Origin: Propionibacteriaceae bacterium
GTDB taxonomy: Bacteria; Actinomycetota; Actinomycetes; Propionibacteriales; Propionibacteriaceae
Direction: 5' to 3'
Assembly: GCA_031256725.1 (NCBI GenBank)
Contig: JAIRQE010000006.1
Coordinates: forward strand, 150,601-182,600
Length of the DNA: 32,000 bases
The position numbers and the translations under genes are program-made. Under the pieces are notes generated by a model that saw only the letters and a list, made by a program, of their open reading frames with translations, was not told the origin of the DNA and did not search any database. Position 1 is the first letter of the stretch. Each line of letters starts with the position of its first letter. Positions 1 through 8,795 of this stretch are shown here, in pieces.

Positions 1-2625
1 ATCACCCGCTTCGAAATGGTCACCAACGACCAACTCGCCAACGGAAAAGCCAAAGATTCCGCACGGGCTTACGCCTATGACACCTACGGTAATGAGGTGT
101 CTGGTGCTCATGTTATCGTGATCGATGTCTCTACCGATTTACTGGCCGGTTATCTGAACCCGGCTACAGCCACTGCCACTACCGGTAGTGACGGAACTGC
201 CCTCGTGGAGTGGACCTCCACCAAACAGGGGATCTTCACTGGGCAGGGTACTATCGACGGACTCTCTCCAGTGACCGGTATCCTGAACCAGATTCGGTTC
301 ATTGCTGGTAAGGCTGATCCATCTCACTCAGACCTCGTAGTGAGCCCAGCCAGTCCGATCGTCGTTGGCAACAATTACACGCTGAAGGTGACGGTACGGG
401 ACACAACCGATAATCCACTGGCTGGTGAAACGGTCAGCTTCTCAGTTGATTCGGACAATGCGATCTACTCTGAGACAACCTGCCAAACGGTCAGCGATGG
501 TACGTGCTCAGTCACCCTAACCTCGAAGCTGGTTGGAAGTTATCAGGTGTCGGCCGCTATCCCCAACAGCACTGGTGTAGCCACCAATGTTATCGGTAGC
601 CCAGCGATAGTGGAGTTCACTCACGGATCTGTTTGTGTATCCTCGCCGACGACACCGTGTGATCCGGTTGATCCCAGTCACATCACTCGAATCGAAGTAG
701 ATCCCAATGGCCAGCCAGCCGATGGTAAGGCTCAAGATGTGATCAATGTGTACGCCTATGACCGCTACGGCAATCCGGTTTTGAATGCCCAGGTTGATGC
801 AGTTGCAGCGACTGGTGTGACCTTGGCTACACCCGCCAAACCAGTGATTCAAGGTAATGGCCAGGCCATCGTGGGCTATACGTCGACGACCAAGGGCGAA
901 TACAAGGTGGATGTGACCGTTGGTGGACTAGTTCCCAATGGTTCACCTGCAACTCTGATTTTCAGGTCAGGAACCCCGGATTGGTCGAAGTCGACTCTGA
1001 TGATCACCCCAACGTTCCCACAGGTGGTCGAGTCAATTTTCACTGTTACTGCTCATGTTGTCGATACGAACATGAATCCTGTTTCGGGTGCAGTTGTTGT
1101 CTTCCCGGCGGTCACCAATCTAGCCTTCGACGCTAGCACATGTACAACGGATGACAATGGTAACTGCTCGGTGAAGGTGACCTCCATTAAGGCCAACACT
1201 TATGTGATCAGTGCAACTGGAGACGGTCAGCCACTGGCCAATACCGTCACTGCCACCTTCACCGCAGGTGAGATCTGTATTCCAGACGATGGTTGTGTGC
1301 CCGATGCTGGTGAACCCATCAGTCGGATTGAAACTGTCGTCAATGGCGTACTGCCTGATGGAATCCAGCACGATATCTTCAAAGTTTTCGCCTATGACAA
1401 GCATGGCAATCCAGTTTCTGGGGCCGACGTAGCATCGACGACTACTGACGCTCGTCTGATCACCCAGTCACCGATTGCAGCCACTGACTCAGATGGTACC
1501 TCGACGATTTGGTATGCCTCCCTCCATGGTGGAACCTATACCGCAGCAATGACAGTGGGTGGCAAGGTGCCCCAGGGTTCACCCGTTCACCCTGTGTTCG
1601 GTGGGATAGCCGATCCGGATCATTCCTTCTGGTCCGTATATCCGACAACACCACGTACTGTTGGTGTCGATCCGGATAATACTTTCACGATGACCGCGAC
1701 CCTGCGCGATGCCAATGATCTGCCCATGGTTGGCGCTGCGATGACTTTCGCTATTGATCCGGCAAGTGGCCCGACTTTCCCGAATGGTACGTCGTGTCTG
1801 TCGGACGCGGATGGAAAATGCACGGTGGATGTCTATTCCACTAAGGCTGGTACCTATTCGATCTCAGCGACCTCAGCCGGTCAACCGGTGAAGAGTCAAG
1901 CAGGACGATGGGCCGAGTCAGTAGTGTGGATCTCGGATGAGGTCTGTACTGAAGCATCAGGTTGCGTCCCGGTTGATCCCAATCTGCCGCAGAGCCTGCG
2001 TACCCGGGTGGTGGTGACTGAGGACTATATGGTAGCCGATGGTGATGCGCGTGATCTCGCGACCGTCTATGCCTTCGACAAATGGGGTAACGCTGTACCT
2101 GGTCAACTGGTGCAGTCATCCACAACCGAGAAGATGACGGTTCAAAGCGGGATAGCGGGTACAAATAGCAATGGTCAGTCGACTATTTGGTACTCCTCGA
2201 CCGTGTCAGGTGGTCATCTAGCTATGGTGAAGGTAGGGGGCAAGATCCCTGCTTCAATCAATTCAGATGGTACGTCATCTGGGGCAGGTACAATCACCCT
2301 AAACTTCATACCAGGTGCACCCGATGCAGATAAATCAGTTCTGACTGTGAGTCCTTCCATCCAAAGGGTGGGTGAGGATGTCAGTGCCACAGCTATTATC
2401 AAAGACGCCTACGGCAACCCCATATCGAATACGCGTGTGAGTTTCTCTTCGACCGGGGCATCAACACGCACAGGGGATAGTTGCATCACGGATGCAGCTG
2501 GCAGTTGCCAGATCTCGCTGACCGACAAGGTGCCGGAAACTATTCAGTTGAATGCGACAGTGGTGATCAACACAGCAGCCACCCCGATTTCTGGATCACC
2601 TGCGACCGTGACCTTTAACGATGTG
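1..2625 (+). repeat. Four tandem coding repeat units of ~212-226 aa (~640-680 bp) inside the adhesin gene
   Basis: Unit boundaries at nt 1, 682, 1318 and 1996 were read from the recurring ITRIE/ISRIE/LRTRV ... YAYD.xGN motifs. The units are divergent at nucleotide level, so these are protein-level repeats, not identical DNA copies. Confidence 0.8.
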
Positions 2626-3561
2626 ACCGCTCCGGAACCGCCAGTGATCACCTCTCCTAAGGATGGCGATCTGACCAACCACAGTTCAGTGATTGTCACA
2701 GGAACTGGTGAACCTAGTGCGGAGGTGACGGTGATAGACGAGAACGGTACCTCAGTGTGCGCCGATGTTGTCATAGTGGGCAGTGATGGTACGTGGACCT
2801 GTGAGGTACTACTGCCCGATGGTGAGCACACGTTGACAGCAACTCAGAAGGACTCGTCGGGTAATACCTCCGACCCGTCTAACTCAGTGACAATCACTGT
2901 CGACACCACACCACCCGACACACCGATTGTCGATTCATCCAATGGTTCTCAAGTGACTGGTTCCGGTGAACCGGGCAGCAAGGTGACGATCAAGGACCCA
3001 GATGGAAATGTCATCCCTGGTTGTGAAGACGTGTACGCCGATGAGGATGGTCACTTCGTCTGTATTCCGACTACAGTGATTCCTCCGGACACGGAATTGA
3101 GCGTCACGGTGACCGATGAGGCCGGAAATACCTCCGAACCAACCACCGTCGTGGTGGGTCGACTGGTTATTGAATTCGCCTATCCAACCCGGAATACTTC
3201 GCAGACCCAGATTGTCACCGGGGCCAATTTCAACCCCTATGAAAAGGTCTGTATGGAGTATTCGGGAGGTACCGAAAGGACGTGTACTACCGCCGATAAG
3301 GAAGGAAAAGTGAAATTCTCGTTTACGGTGCCTGGCAACCTCAAGGCAGGGGTGTGTGTCGTCACCTTGATTGGGGAACGCTCTGGTTCGGTAACGGGTA
3401 CCTTTTCGGTAACGAGTAGCTTCACAGGAATGAATACACCATTCGTCTCTACAGGTGGTACGGCAGTCCCGCAAGGGCTACACGTTGGCAGGTTGGTTGC
3501 TGCAGCGATGGTTGCAGCTGCAACCATGCCGCTAAGACGCAGGCGAGGCCCCCTCATGTAG
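1..3561 (+). CDS. Large cell-surface adhesin-like protein, 5'-truncated by the window edge. It has tandem bacterial Ig-like (invasin/Big_1-type) domain pairs, two further Ig-like domains and a C-terminal cell-wall-sorting-type signal.
   Basis: The frame is open from nt 1: ITRFEMVTNDQLANGKAKD... matches the start of the later internal repeats, so the listed ATG at 16 is internal. The motif I(T/S)RIE..NG..ADG.A.D...VYAYD.(Y/H)GNPV recurs at nt 1, 682, 1318 and 1996. Two VTAPEPPVITSP...DSSGNTS / TPPDTPIVDSS...DEAGNTS Ig-like modules follow. The C-terminus is FVSTGG, then the hydrophobic stretch LVAAAMVAAATMPL, then an RRRRG tail. Confidence 0.8.
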   Translation: MTRFEMVTNDQLANGKAKDSARAYAYDTYGNEVSGAHVIVIDVSTDLLAGYLNPATATATTGSDGTALVEWTSTKQGIFTGQGTIDGLSPVTGILNQIRFIAGKADPSHSDLVVSPASPIVVGNNYTLKVTVRDTTDNPLAGETVSFSVDSDNAIYSETTCQTVSDGTCSVTLTSKLVGSYQVSAAIPNSTGVATNVIGSPAIVEFTHGSVCVSSPTTPCDPVDPSHITRIEVDPNGQPADGKAQDVINVYAYDRYGNPVLNAQVDAVAATGVTLATPAKPVIQGNGQAIVGYTSTTKGEYKVDVTVGGLVPNGSPATLIFRSGTPDWSKSTLMITPTFPQVVESIFTVTAHVVDTNMNPVSGAVVVFPAVTNLAFDASTCTTDDNGNCSVKVTSIKANTYVISATGDGQPLANTVTATFTAGEICIPDDGCVPDAGEPISRIETVVNGVLPDGIQHDIFKVFAYDKHGNPVSGADVASTTTDARLITQSPIAATDSDGTSTIWYASLHGGTYTAAMTVGGKVPQGSPVHPVFGGIADPDHSFWSVYPTTPRTVGVDPDNTFTMTATLRDANDLPMVGAAMTFAIDPASGPTFPNGTSCLSDADGKCTVDVYSTKAGTYSISATSAGQPVKSQAGRWAESVVWISDEVCTEASGCVPVDPNLPQSLRTRVVVTEDYMVADGDARDLATVYAFDKWGNAVPGQLVQSSTTEKMTVQSGIAGTNSNGQSTIWYSSTVSGGHLAMVKVGGKIPASINSDGTSSGAGTITLNFIPGAPDADKSVLTVSPSIQRVGEDVSATAIIKDAYGNPISNTRVSFSSTGASTRTGDSCITDAAGSCQISLTDKVPETIQLNATVVINTAATPISGSPATVTFNDVTAPEPPVITSPKDGDLTNHSSVIVTGTGEPSAEVTVIDENGTSVCADVVIVGSDGTWTCEVLLPDGEHTLTATQKDSSGNTSDPSNSVTITVDTTPPDTPIVDSSNGSQVTGSGEPGSKVTIKDPDGNVIPGCEDVYADEDGHFVCIPTTVIPPDTELSVTVTDEAGNTSEPTTVVVGRLVIEFAYPTRNTSQTQIVTGANFNPYEKVCMEYSGGTERTCTTADKEGKVKFSFTVPGNLKAGVCVVTLIGERSGSVTGTFSVTSSFTGMNTPFVSTGGTAVPQGLHVGRLVAAAMVAAATMPLRRRRGPLM

Positions 3562-3580
3562 CTAATGGGATATCTTTTCA

Positions 3581-3624
3581 GGGTGTGGTGTCTTGCAAGA
3601 GCAATCCAGCGGGGCACCACACCC
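3581..3624 (+). terminator. Putative terminator hairpin downstream of the adhesin gene
   Basis: Perfect 10-bp inverted repeat: gggtgtggtg (3581-3590) and caccacaccc (3615-3624). The loop is 24 nt and there is no clear U-tract. Confidence 0.35.
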
Positions 3625-3680
3625 CTCATTATCTGATTAGATTCTGAGCAATTTCTTGGCGTGTAGTACCGTGCTACACT

Positions 3681-4040
3681 ATGCGTATGAGAACCTCTCC
3701 ACCTACTCGACTTCCAGCGGATGTGTACGAATCGGCTCTGGCATCTGCGGGAGTGGACTCGCGCAGTGTTCCTCAGCAGATTGCGCACTGGGCCCGGATT
3801 GGTCGGGAATTCGAAAACTCCCCGCAAGTGAATCATCGGGCCATTGCCCAAGTTCTTGCCGGGAATGGCTTCTATGATCTGTTGGGCGAGCGCGAGCAGG
3901 CAGTGGTACGAGGTGCCTGGTCGGAACGGATCGCTACCTTGCGGGAATCCTTGAACTTGGCTTCTGAGTTTATGGATGCTGGTGATTCCTATTCTGAGGC
4001 TGATGAGAATGGCACACTCATGATCCATCCAGGACAGTAA
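3681..4040 (+). CDS. ParD-like antitoxin (putative partner of the downstream zeta-like kinase)
   Basis: The 119-aa protein (LPADVYESALASAGVDSRSVPQQIAHWARIGRE...) looks to me like the ParD-like antitoxin family usually found upstream of small zeta/COG4185 P-loop proteins. Its stop TAA (4038-4040) shares one base with the next ATG (4040). Confidence 0.55.
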   Translation: MRMRTSPPTRLPADVYESALASAGVDSRSVPQQIAHWARIGREFENSPQVNHRAIAQVLAGNGFYDLLGEREQAVVRGAWSERIATLRESLNLASEFMDAGDSYSEADENGTLMIHPGQ

Positions 4041-4609
4041 TGCCTGTTCTTCATCTTCTTGCAGGGCCGAATGGCGCTGGAAAAACCACCTATGCCACCA
4101 GAGTCCTCATTCCTGCCACCAGGTTGACTTTCATTAATGCCGATGTGATTGCGGCCCAGATTTGGCCTGATCATGAGAGTGACCACGGTTATGAGGCTGC
4201 GCAGATTGCCCAAGAGCATCGTCGAGAATTCATGGAGCGAGGGGAATCCTTCATCTCAGAGACTGTCTTCTCTCACACATCGAAAGTTGATCTTCTCGCT
4301 GATGCCTCAGCCATGGGGTACCTCATCCATCTTCATGTGATTCTTGTACCACTGGAACTCACGATTCAGCGTGTTACTGAGCGCGTTCGTCGGGGCGGGC
4401 ACAGTGTACCCGAAGAGAAAATACGAGGAAGGTACGCACGGCTGTGGGATTATGTGGGCGCTGGGTTGAAGATCGCTGATGTGGGGGAAGTACTCGATAA
4501 TAGCAGTGCCCGTTATCCTTTCCGCGTGTGCGCGCGATTCTTCCATGGGTCAGTGATTGGAACCCCAACCTGGCCACAGTGGGCTCCTTCAGTACTCCTA
4601 AGGTTTTAG
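4040..4609 (+). CDS. Zeta-toxin-like P-loop kinase/ATPase (putative type II toxin)
   Basis: 189 aa with an N-terminal Walker A (LLAGPNGAGKTT) and the FISETVFSH ... RVRRGGHSVPEEKIRGRY pattern typical of short zeta-toxin/COG4185 proteins. It is translationally coupled to the upstream small gene. Confidence 0.7.
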   Translation: MPVLHLLAGPNGAGKTTYATRVLIPATRLTFINADVIAAQIWPDHESDHGYEAAQIAQEHRREFMERGESFISETVFSHTSKVDLLADASAMGYLIHLHVILVPLELTIQRVTERVRRGGHSVPEEKIRGRYARLWDYVGAGLKIADVGEVLDNSSARYPFRVCARFFHGSVIGTPTWPQWAPSVLLRF

Positions 4610-5129
4610 TCGTTCTTGCATGGTGAACGTGCAGGTAGTGTGGGGAAAATGATATGCTGAGGATATCTGCGAGAGATGCATTATGGGGCTACCAATTCGA
4701 AAGCATGACTCAACCCTGCTAAGGCTGTTCAAACTGTTTCTGTTGGAGGGGTAACCACTGATCCTGAAGCAATGGTCGAAACACGAAGTTTTCATTGGAT
4801 GAGTCAGGGCATTGGGACTCGGTACCACCAGGTTATGAAAGTTGGGAAGATCCTCAGGGAACTCAAACCAGCCAGGATGAAGTCATCTTGGATCACGGCG
4901 TCTATCAGTGGACTATAACGGACACGATCATAACTGTGGCCGGTGGTAGTGATCTAAGTGAAACGCAGATGGACCCGACCATCCCCAGGTTCTATCCGTC
5001 CAAGTCGATGAGTCTCGCCAATGTACAGTGACAGGCGATCTCAGCCTTGTGTCCAAGGCGGGAGTCACTCTCAATGGAGGTGGAACTTGCAGCTCAACCG
5101 TGACTCACCTGGCATAGACAGATGACAGT

Positions 5130-5161
5130 ACCCGCCTGAAATACGCTCAAATCAGGCGGGT
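5130..5161. terminator. Stem-loop, possible bidirectional terminator
   Basis: Perfect 10-bp inverted repeat: acccgcctga (5130-5139) and tcaggcgggt (5152-5161). The loop is 12 nt. It sits in the 740-bp intergenic region upstream of the ABC operon. Confidence 0.4.
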
Positions 5162-5353
5162 TCAGTCTGTATCTAAGATAACGGATAGGTCACAATCTGT
5201 GGGTTTGATTGCTGGCCTAGAGTGAAATCGCGTACGATTACTATGTGCCTAAGGCTGACCATTTCGGGTAAACAATCGCCCACCATTGTGATCCACAAGA
5301 TCACTGTTATGGGTCAGGGCACTTACATCCCTTCGAACAAAGGAAAATGACAC

Positions 5354-6652
5354 ATGCGTCATGGCAAGATCATCGCTGCACTTTCTGCAGCGGCACTCGC
5401 GCTGGCTGGACTAGCTGGCTGTGGTTCTGGTGAGCCCACAACTCCATCAACTGATGCTCCGGTTGATGGCCCTTCCGGCCAGTTGGAGATTTTCTCCTGG
5501 TGGACCGCTGGCTCTGAGGCTAATGGCCTCGAAGCTCTGGTTGGTGTCCTCGGCGAGAAGTACCCGAACATTGAATTCGTGAACAACGGCGCCGCTACTG
5601 GTGGCGGTTCCGGCAAGGATGTCCTTCAGACTCGTATGGCAGGCGGCCAGCCGCCGGACTCTTTCCAGGTCCACGCCGGTGCTGAGGCTCAGGATTACAT
5701 CACTGCTGGTCAGTTGCAGGACGTTTCGAACCTGTATGACGAGTTCGGCTTGAACAACGCTTTCCCACAGGATCTCGTTGACCTCCTCACCAAGGATGGC
5801 AAGATCTACACAATTCCTTCCAACGTGCACCGTTCCAATGTGATCTGGGCTGATGTGAAGGCACTTGAAAAAGCTGGCCTGAGCACAACTGATGCTTACT
5901 ACGACTCCATGGAGTCCTTCATCGCTGCTCTTGAGACCGCTAAGGCTGCTGGCTTCGAAGCTCCATTGTCCATGGGTATGACCTGGACCCAGGTTCACCT
6001 CCTTGAGACTGTTTTGATGGCTGACCTCACACCTGTGCAGTACAACGGCCTCTTTGATGGTACGACCGATTGGACTGGCGCTGAGGTAAAGAAGGCCCTT
6101 GAGGACTTCGGTAAGCTCATGAGTTACACCAACGCTGACCGCGATAGCTTGGATTGGGAAGAAGCATTGGCTATTGCTCTCGATCAGAAGGCTGTCTTCA
6201 ATGTCATGGGTGACTGGGTTCCTGGTGCACTCGATGCCCGCAACCTCGTTGACGGCACCGATTACCTGTGGGCTCCTTCCCCAGGTACCGATGGTGTCTA
6301 TGGCTTCTTGGCTGATTCCTTCGGTTTGACCACTGGTGGTCCTAACCCGGATGCTGGCAAGGCTTGGTTGGATGTCATCTCCTCTGCTGATGGCCAGACG
6401 GCCTTCAACAAGGTGAAGGGTTCGATCCCGGCTCGTACCGATATCGATCTCAGTTCCTTCTCCGACTACCAGCAATCTGCTTCGAAGTCCTTCAAGAACG
6501 ATGTGATCGTCGGTTCCATCCAGCATGGTGCAGCTGCAACCATCGCACAGGGCAACGCAGTCAACGCTGCAGTGTCCAAGTTCACAACCTCACCGATGGC
6601 CGAAGCCAATCTCGCCACATTGCAGGCGGAGCTGGCAGCAGCCTTCGCATAA
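5354..6652 (+). CDS. Sugar ABC transporter substrate-binding lipoprotein (family-1 solute-binding protein)
   Basis: 432 aa. It has a lipoprotein signal with a lipobox (LAGLAG-C-GSG), an AAGGA RBS upstream, and is followed by two MalF/MalG-type permease genes. Confidence 0.9.
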   Translation: MRHGKIIAALSAAALALAGLAGCGSGEPTTPSTDAPVDGPSGQLEIFSWWTAGSEANGLEALVGVLGEKYPNIEFVNNGAATGGGSGKDVLQTRMAGGQPPDSFQVHAGAEAQDYITAGQLQDVSNLYDEFGLNNAFPQDLVDLLTKDGKIYTIPSNVHRSNVIWADVKALEKAGLSTTDAYYDSMESFIAALETAKAAGFEAPLSMGMTWTQVHLLETVLMADLTPVQYNGLFDGTTDWTGAEVKKALEDFGKLMSYTNADRDSLDWEEALAIALDQKAVFNVMGDWVPGALDARNLVDGTDYLWAPSPGTDGVYGFLADSFGLTTGGPNPDAGKAWLDVISSADGQTAFNKVKGSIPARTDIDLSSFSDYQQSASKSFKNDVIVGSIQHGAAATIAQGNAVNAAVSKFTTSPMAEANLATLQAELAAAFA

Positions 6653-6679
6653 AAACACGATGAAGTAATTCATTGACCA

Positions 6680-6705
6680 CGGGGCGGCTATTCTTAGCCG
6701 CCCCG
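6680..6705 (+). terminator. Intra-operon hairpin (attenuator/terminator) between the binding-protein and permease genes
   Basis: cggggcggct (6680-6689), 6-nt loop, agccgccccg (6696-6705), followed by ttggttt. Confidence 0.55.
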
Positions 6706-6713
6706 TTGGTTTA

Positions 6714-7628
6714 GTGCATACTGGACACATGAAGAGCAAGCTCAAGAAATATGGTCCCCCGGTATTGCTCCTGTCACCATCATTATTCCTTGTCGGAACG
6801 TTTGTTTACTATCTGATCATTAGGTCGACACAGATGTCGATGACAGACTCACATACCTTCCCTCAATTGATGGGAGCGGTCCCCACTGAGTTCGTGGGTT
6901 TGGACAACTATTTCTCCCTTTTAAGCAACGACGACTTCCAACATGCCTTGAGAAACCTGCTTTTGTACACTGTGGTGTTCATCGCCGGAACCATGATCCT
7001 TGGGTTCTTTTGGGCCTGGCTGCTTGACCGCCGATCCAAGGCCGAGGGGATTTTCCGTTCCCTCTACCTCTTCCCGATGGCCGTTTCCTCCATTTCCGCA
7101 GGTGTTGTGTGGCGCTGGCTACTGAACGCATCCACTGGTGAGAGGGCTACTGGTCTCAACCGACTGTTTCAGAATGTGGGATTGGGGTTCCTGGAAAATG
7201 GCTGGACCACCCATGTTACCTTGGGCATAGCTTCTATTGCTTTGCCCGCAATCTGGCAGATGGCTGGCTATGTTATGGCGCTCTTCCTTGCTGGGTTTCG
7301 CGGTATCCCTGATGAAATGAGGGAGGCAGCTCGTATCGATGGTGCCTCCGAATGGAAGCTCTACCGCCATGTACTCTTCCCCCAACTCTCACCTGTAGCC
7401 CTGTCGGCGTTGATCATCCTGGGGCACATGTCACTCAAGGTCTTCGACCTGGTTGTCGCTGTGACGGGTCCACAGTTCTATCCCACATCTGTACCTGCGA
7501 TCGTGATGTACAACTTCATGGGTTCTGGCGACTATGCTAATGCATCCGCGGTCGGCATCATCCTGCTGGTCGTGATCGCCATCTTCATCATTCCTTATCT
7601 CATCCACGTAGCACGGGAGGACAAGTGA
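6714..7628 (+). CDS. Carbohydrate ABC transporter permease (MalF/CUT1-type)
   Basis: Multiple TM segments and the EAA-loop motif EAARIDGASEWKLYRHVLFPQLSP. The start is uncertain: GTG 6714 or ATG 6729 (MKSKLKK). Confidence 0.9.
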   Translation: MHTGHMKSKLKKYGPPVLLLSPSLFLVGTFVYYLIIRSTQMSMTDSHTFPQLMGAVPTEFVGLDNYFSLLSNDDFQHALRNLLLYTVVFIAGTMILGFFWAWLLDRRSKAEGIFRSLYLFPMAVSSISAGVVWRWLLNASTGERATGLNRLFQNVGLGFLENGWTTHVTLGIASIALPAIWQMAGYVMALFLAGFRGIPDEMREAARIDGASEWKLYRHVLFPQLSPVALSALIILGHMSLKVFDLVVAVTGPQFYPTSVPAIVMYNFMGSGDYANASAVGIILLVVIAIFIIPYLIHVAREDK

Positions 7629-8530
7629 GCACCGAACAACTGCTGCTAACTAAGAGCAAAGCCCCCGTACCAGGAGGATTCGATTGGGGTCGCCTTGTGC
7701 GCTACCTCGCATTATTTGCTGGCCTGATCTTCGTCTTGATCCCGGTGTATGTCCTTGTCATTACCTCCTTCAAGACTGTCGGTGATGCTGATCCTTCCCG
7801 TGCATGGGCTTTCCCTCAGGTCTGGAGTCTCAATTCCTGGAAGGCTTCATGGTTCGGAAGTACAGCACTGCCATCCGTGGGAGCTGCTCTCGGACGTACA
7901 GCAATGATGGTGATTCCAGCGTCGATCATCTCATCGATGCTCGGATCCATGAATGGCTTCGTACTATCCAAATGGCGTTTCCCTGGAGCCAACATCGTTT
8001 TCACAGTCATTCTGTTCGGGATGTTTATTCCCTACCAGGCTGTTATGGTTCCTCTCTTCCAGTTGATGTCGAGTCTGTGGCAAACCACCCCGCTGTCTCA
8101 AGGGATCTGGTCCCTGGTTCTTCTCCACGTTGTCTATGGCATTCCCATTACGACCCTGATTTTCAGGAACTACTACCAGAACGTACCCCAAGAGCTCATC
8201 GAAGCAGCCAGGGTTGATGGCGCTGGGATGCTGGGAACCTATTTCAGGGTTATCCTGCCTATCTCGATCCCAAGCTTTGTGGTTGTGTTCATCTGGCAGT
8301 TCACCTCAGCCTGGAATGACTTCCTGTTCGCGACCTTCTTCGGTGGGAATCCCACGACGATGGCTCCAGTCACAGTCACCTTGAACATGCTCGCCAAGGG
8401 GTCAATGTTGGCTGACTATGGTGCCGCTATGTCGGGCGCACTTCTCGCTTCTGTACCAACCTTGATTATCTACATCCTCTTGGGTCGATACTTCATTGGT
8501 GGTTTAATGGCGGGTTCTGTCAAGGGGTAG
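7625..8530 (+). CDS. Carbohydrate ABC transporter permease (MalG/CUT1-type)
   Basis: EAA-loop EAARVDGAGMLGTYFRVILPISIP. There is a 4-nt start/stop overlap with the upstream permease. No ATPase gene is in the operon. Confidence 0.9.
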   Translation: MSTEQLLLTKSKAPVPGGFDWGRLVRYLALFAGLIFVLIPVYVLVITSFKTVGDADPSRAWAFPQVWSLNSWKASWFGSTALPSVGAALGRTAMMVIPASIISSMLGSMNGFVLSKWRFPGANIVFTVILFGMFIPYQAVMVPLFQLMSSLWQTTPLSQGIWSLVLLHVVYGIPITTLIFRNYYQNVPQELIEAARVDGAGMLGTYFRVILPISIPSFVVVFIWQFTSAWNDFLFATFFGGNPTTMAPVTVTLNMLAKGSMLADYGAAMSGALLASVPTLIIYILLGRYFIGGLMAGSVKG

Positions 8531-8553
8531 TACCTTTTCCTCCACTGGTGGAT

Positions 8554-8571
8554 CTCCCCTGTGGAGGGGAG
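8554..8571. terminator. Short GC hairpin between the convergent permease and epimerase genes
   Basis: ctcccct (8554-8560), gtgg loop, aggggag (8565-8571). The 7-bp stem is perfect and there is no U-tract. Confidence 0.3.
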
Positions 8572-8795
8572 TATCTGGTGCGACTGGATGAAACTCTCAC
8601 TATCACATCGTCGCTCAAGGAGGCTTGGGAAGCAATGAGGCCCATAAGCTCATCTGGAGAACTACCCCAGAGACACCAATCCCTGATATGGGTCTTTGGA
8701 AACTTGCTGATGAGTTGCAAAGGCGTACAGGAAAACCGATCTTCTACATCCAGGTGGAGCACAATACAGGTGGATAGTTTGTTATGTGTTCAGGA

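Noticed and set aside
3237-4028. 263-aa ORF on the minus strand spanning the adhesin 3' end, the intergenic region and the antitoxin gene
   Set aside because: It is antisense to two well-supported plus-strand genes and crosses an intergenic hairpin. I recognise no motif in it. It is most likely a shadow ORF.
4795-5031. 78-aa ORF in the long intergenic region before the ABC operon
   Set aside because: It has a TTG start, no convincing RBS and no recognisable motif. It may be real, given that a strong hairpin follows at 5130-5161, but I cannot support it.
5288-5304. Palindrome GTGATCcacaaGATCAC 50 bp upstream of the ABC operon start, considered as an operator
   Set aside because: The arms are only 6 bp, which is easily expected by chance in 32 kb. 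No regulator gene is nearby to support it.
5447-6526. 359-aa minus-strand ORF inside the substrate-binding protein gene
   Set aside because: It is fully antisense to a gene with a clear lipoprotein signal and family features. It has a low-complexity, stop-poor shadow frame typical of GC-biased codon usage.
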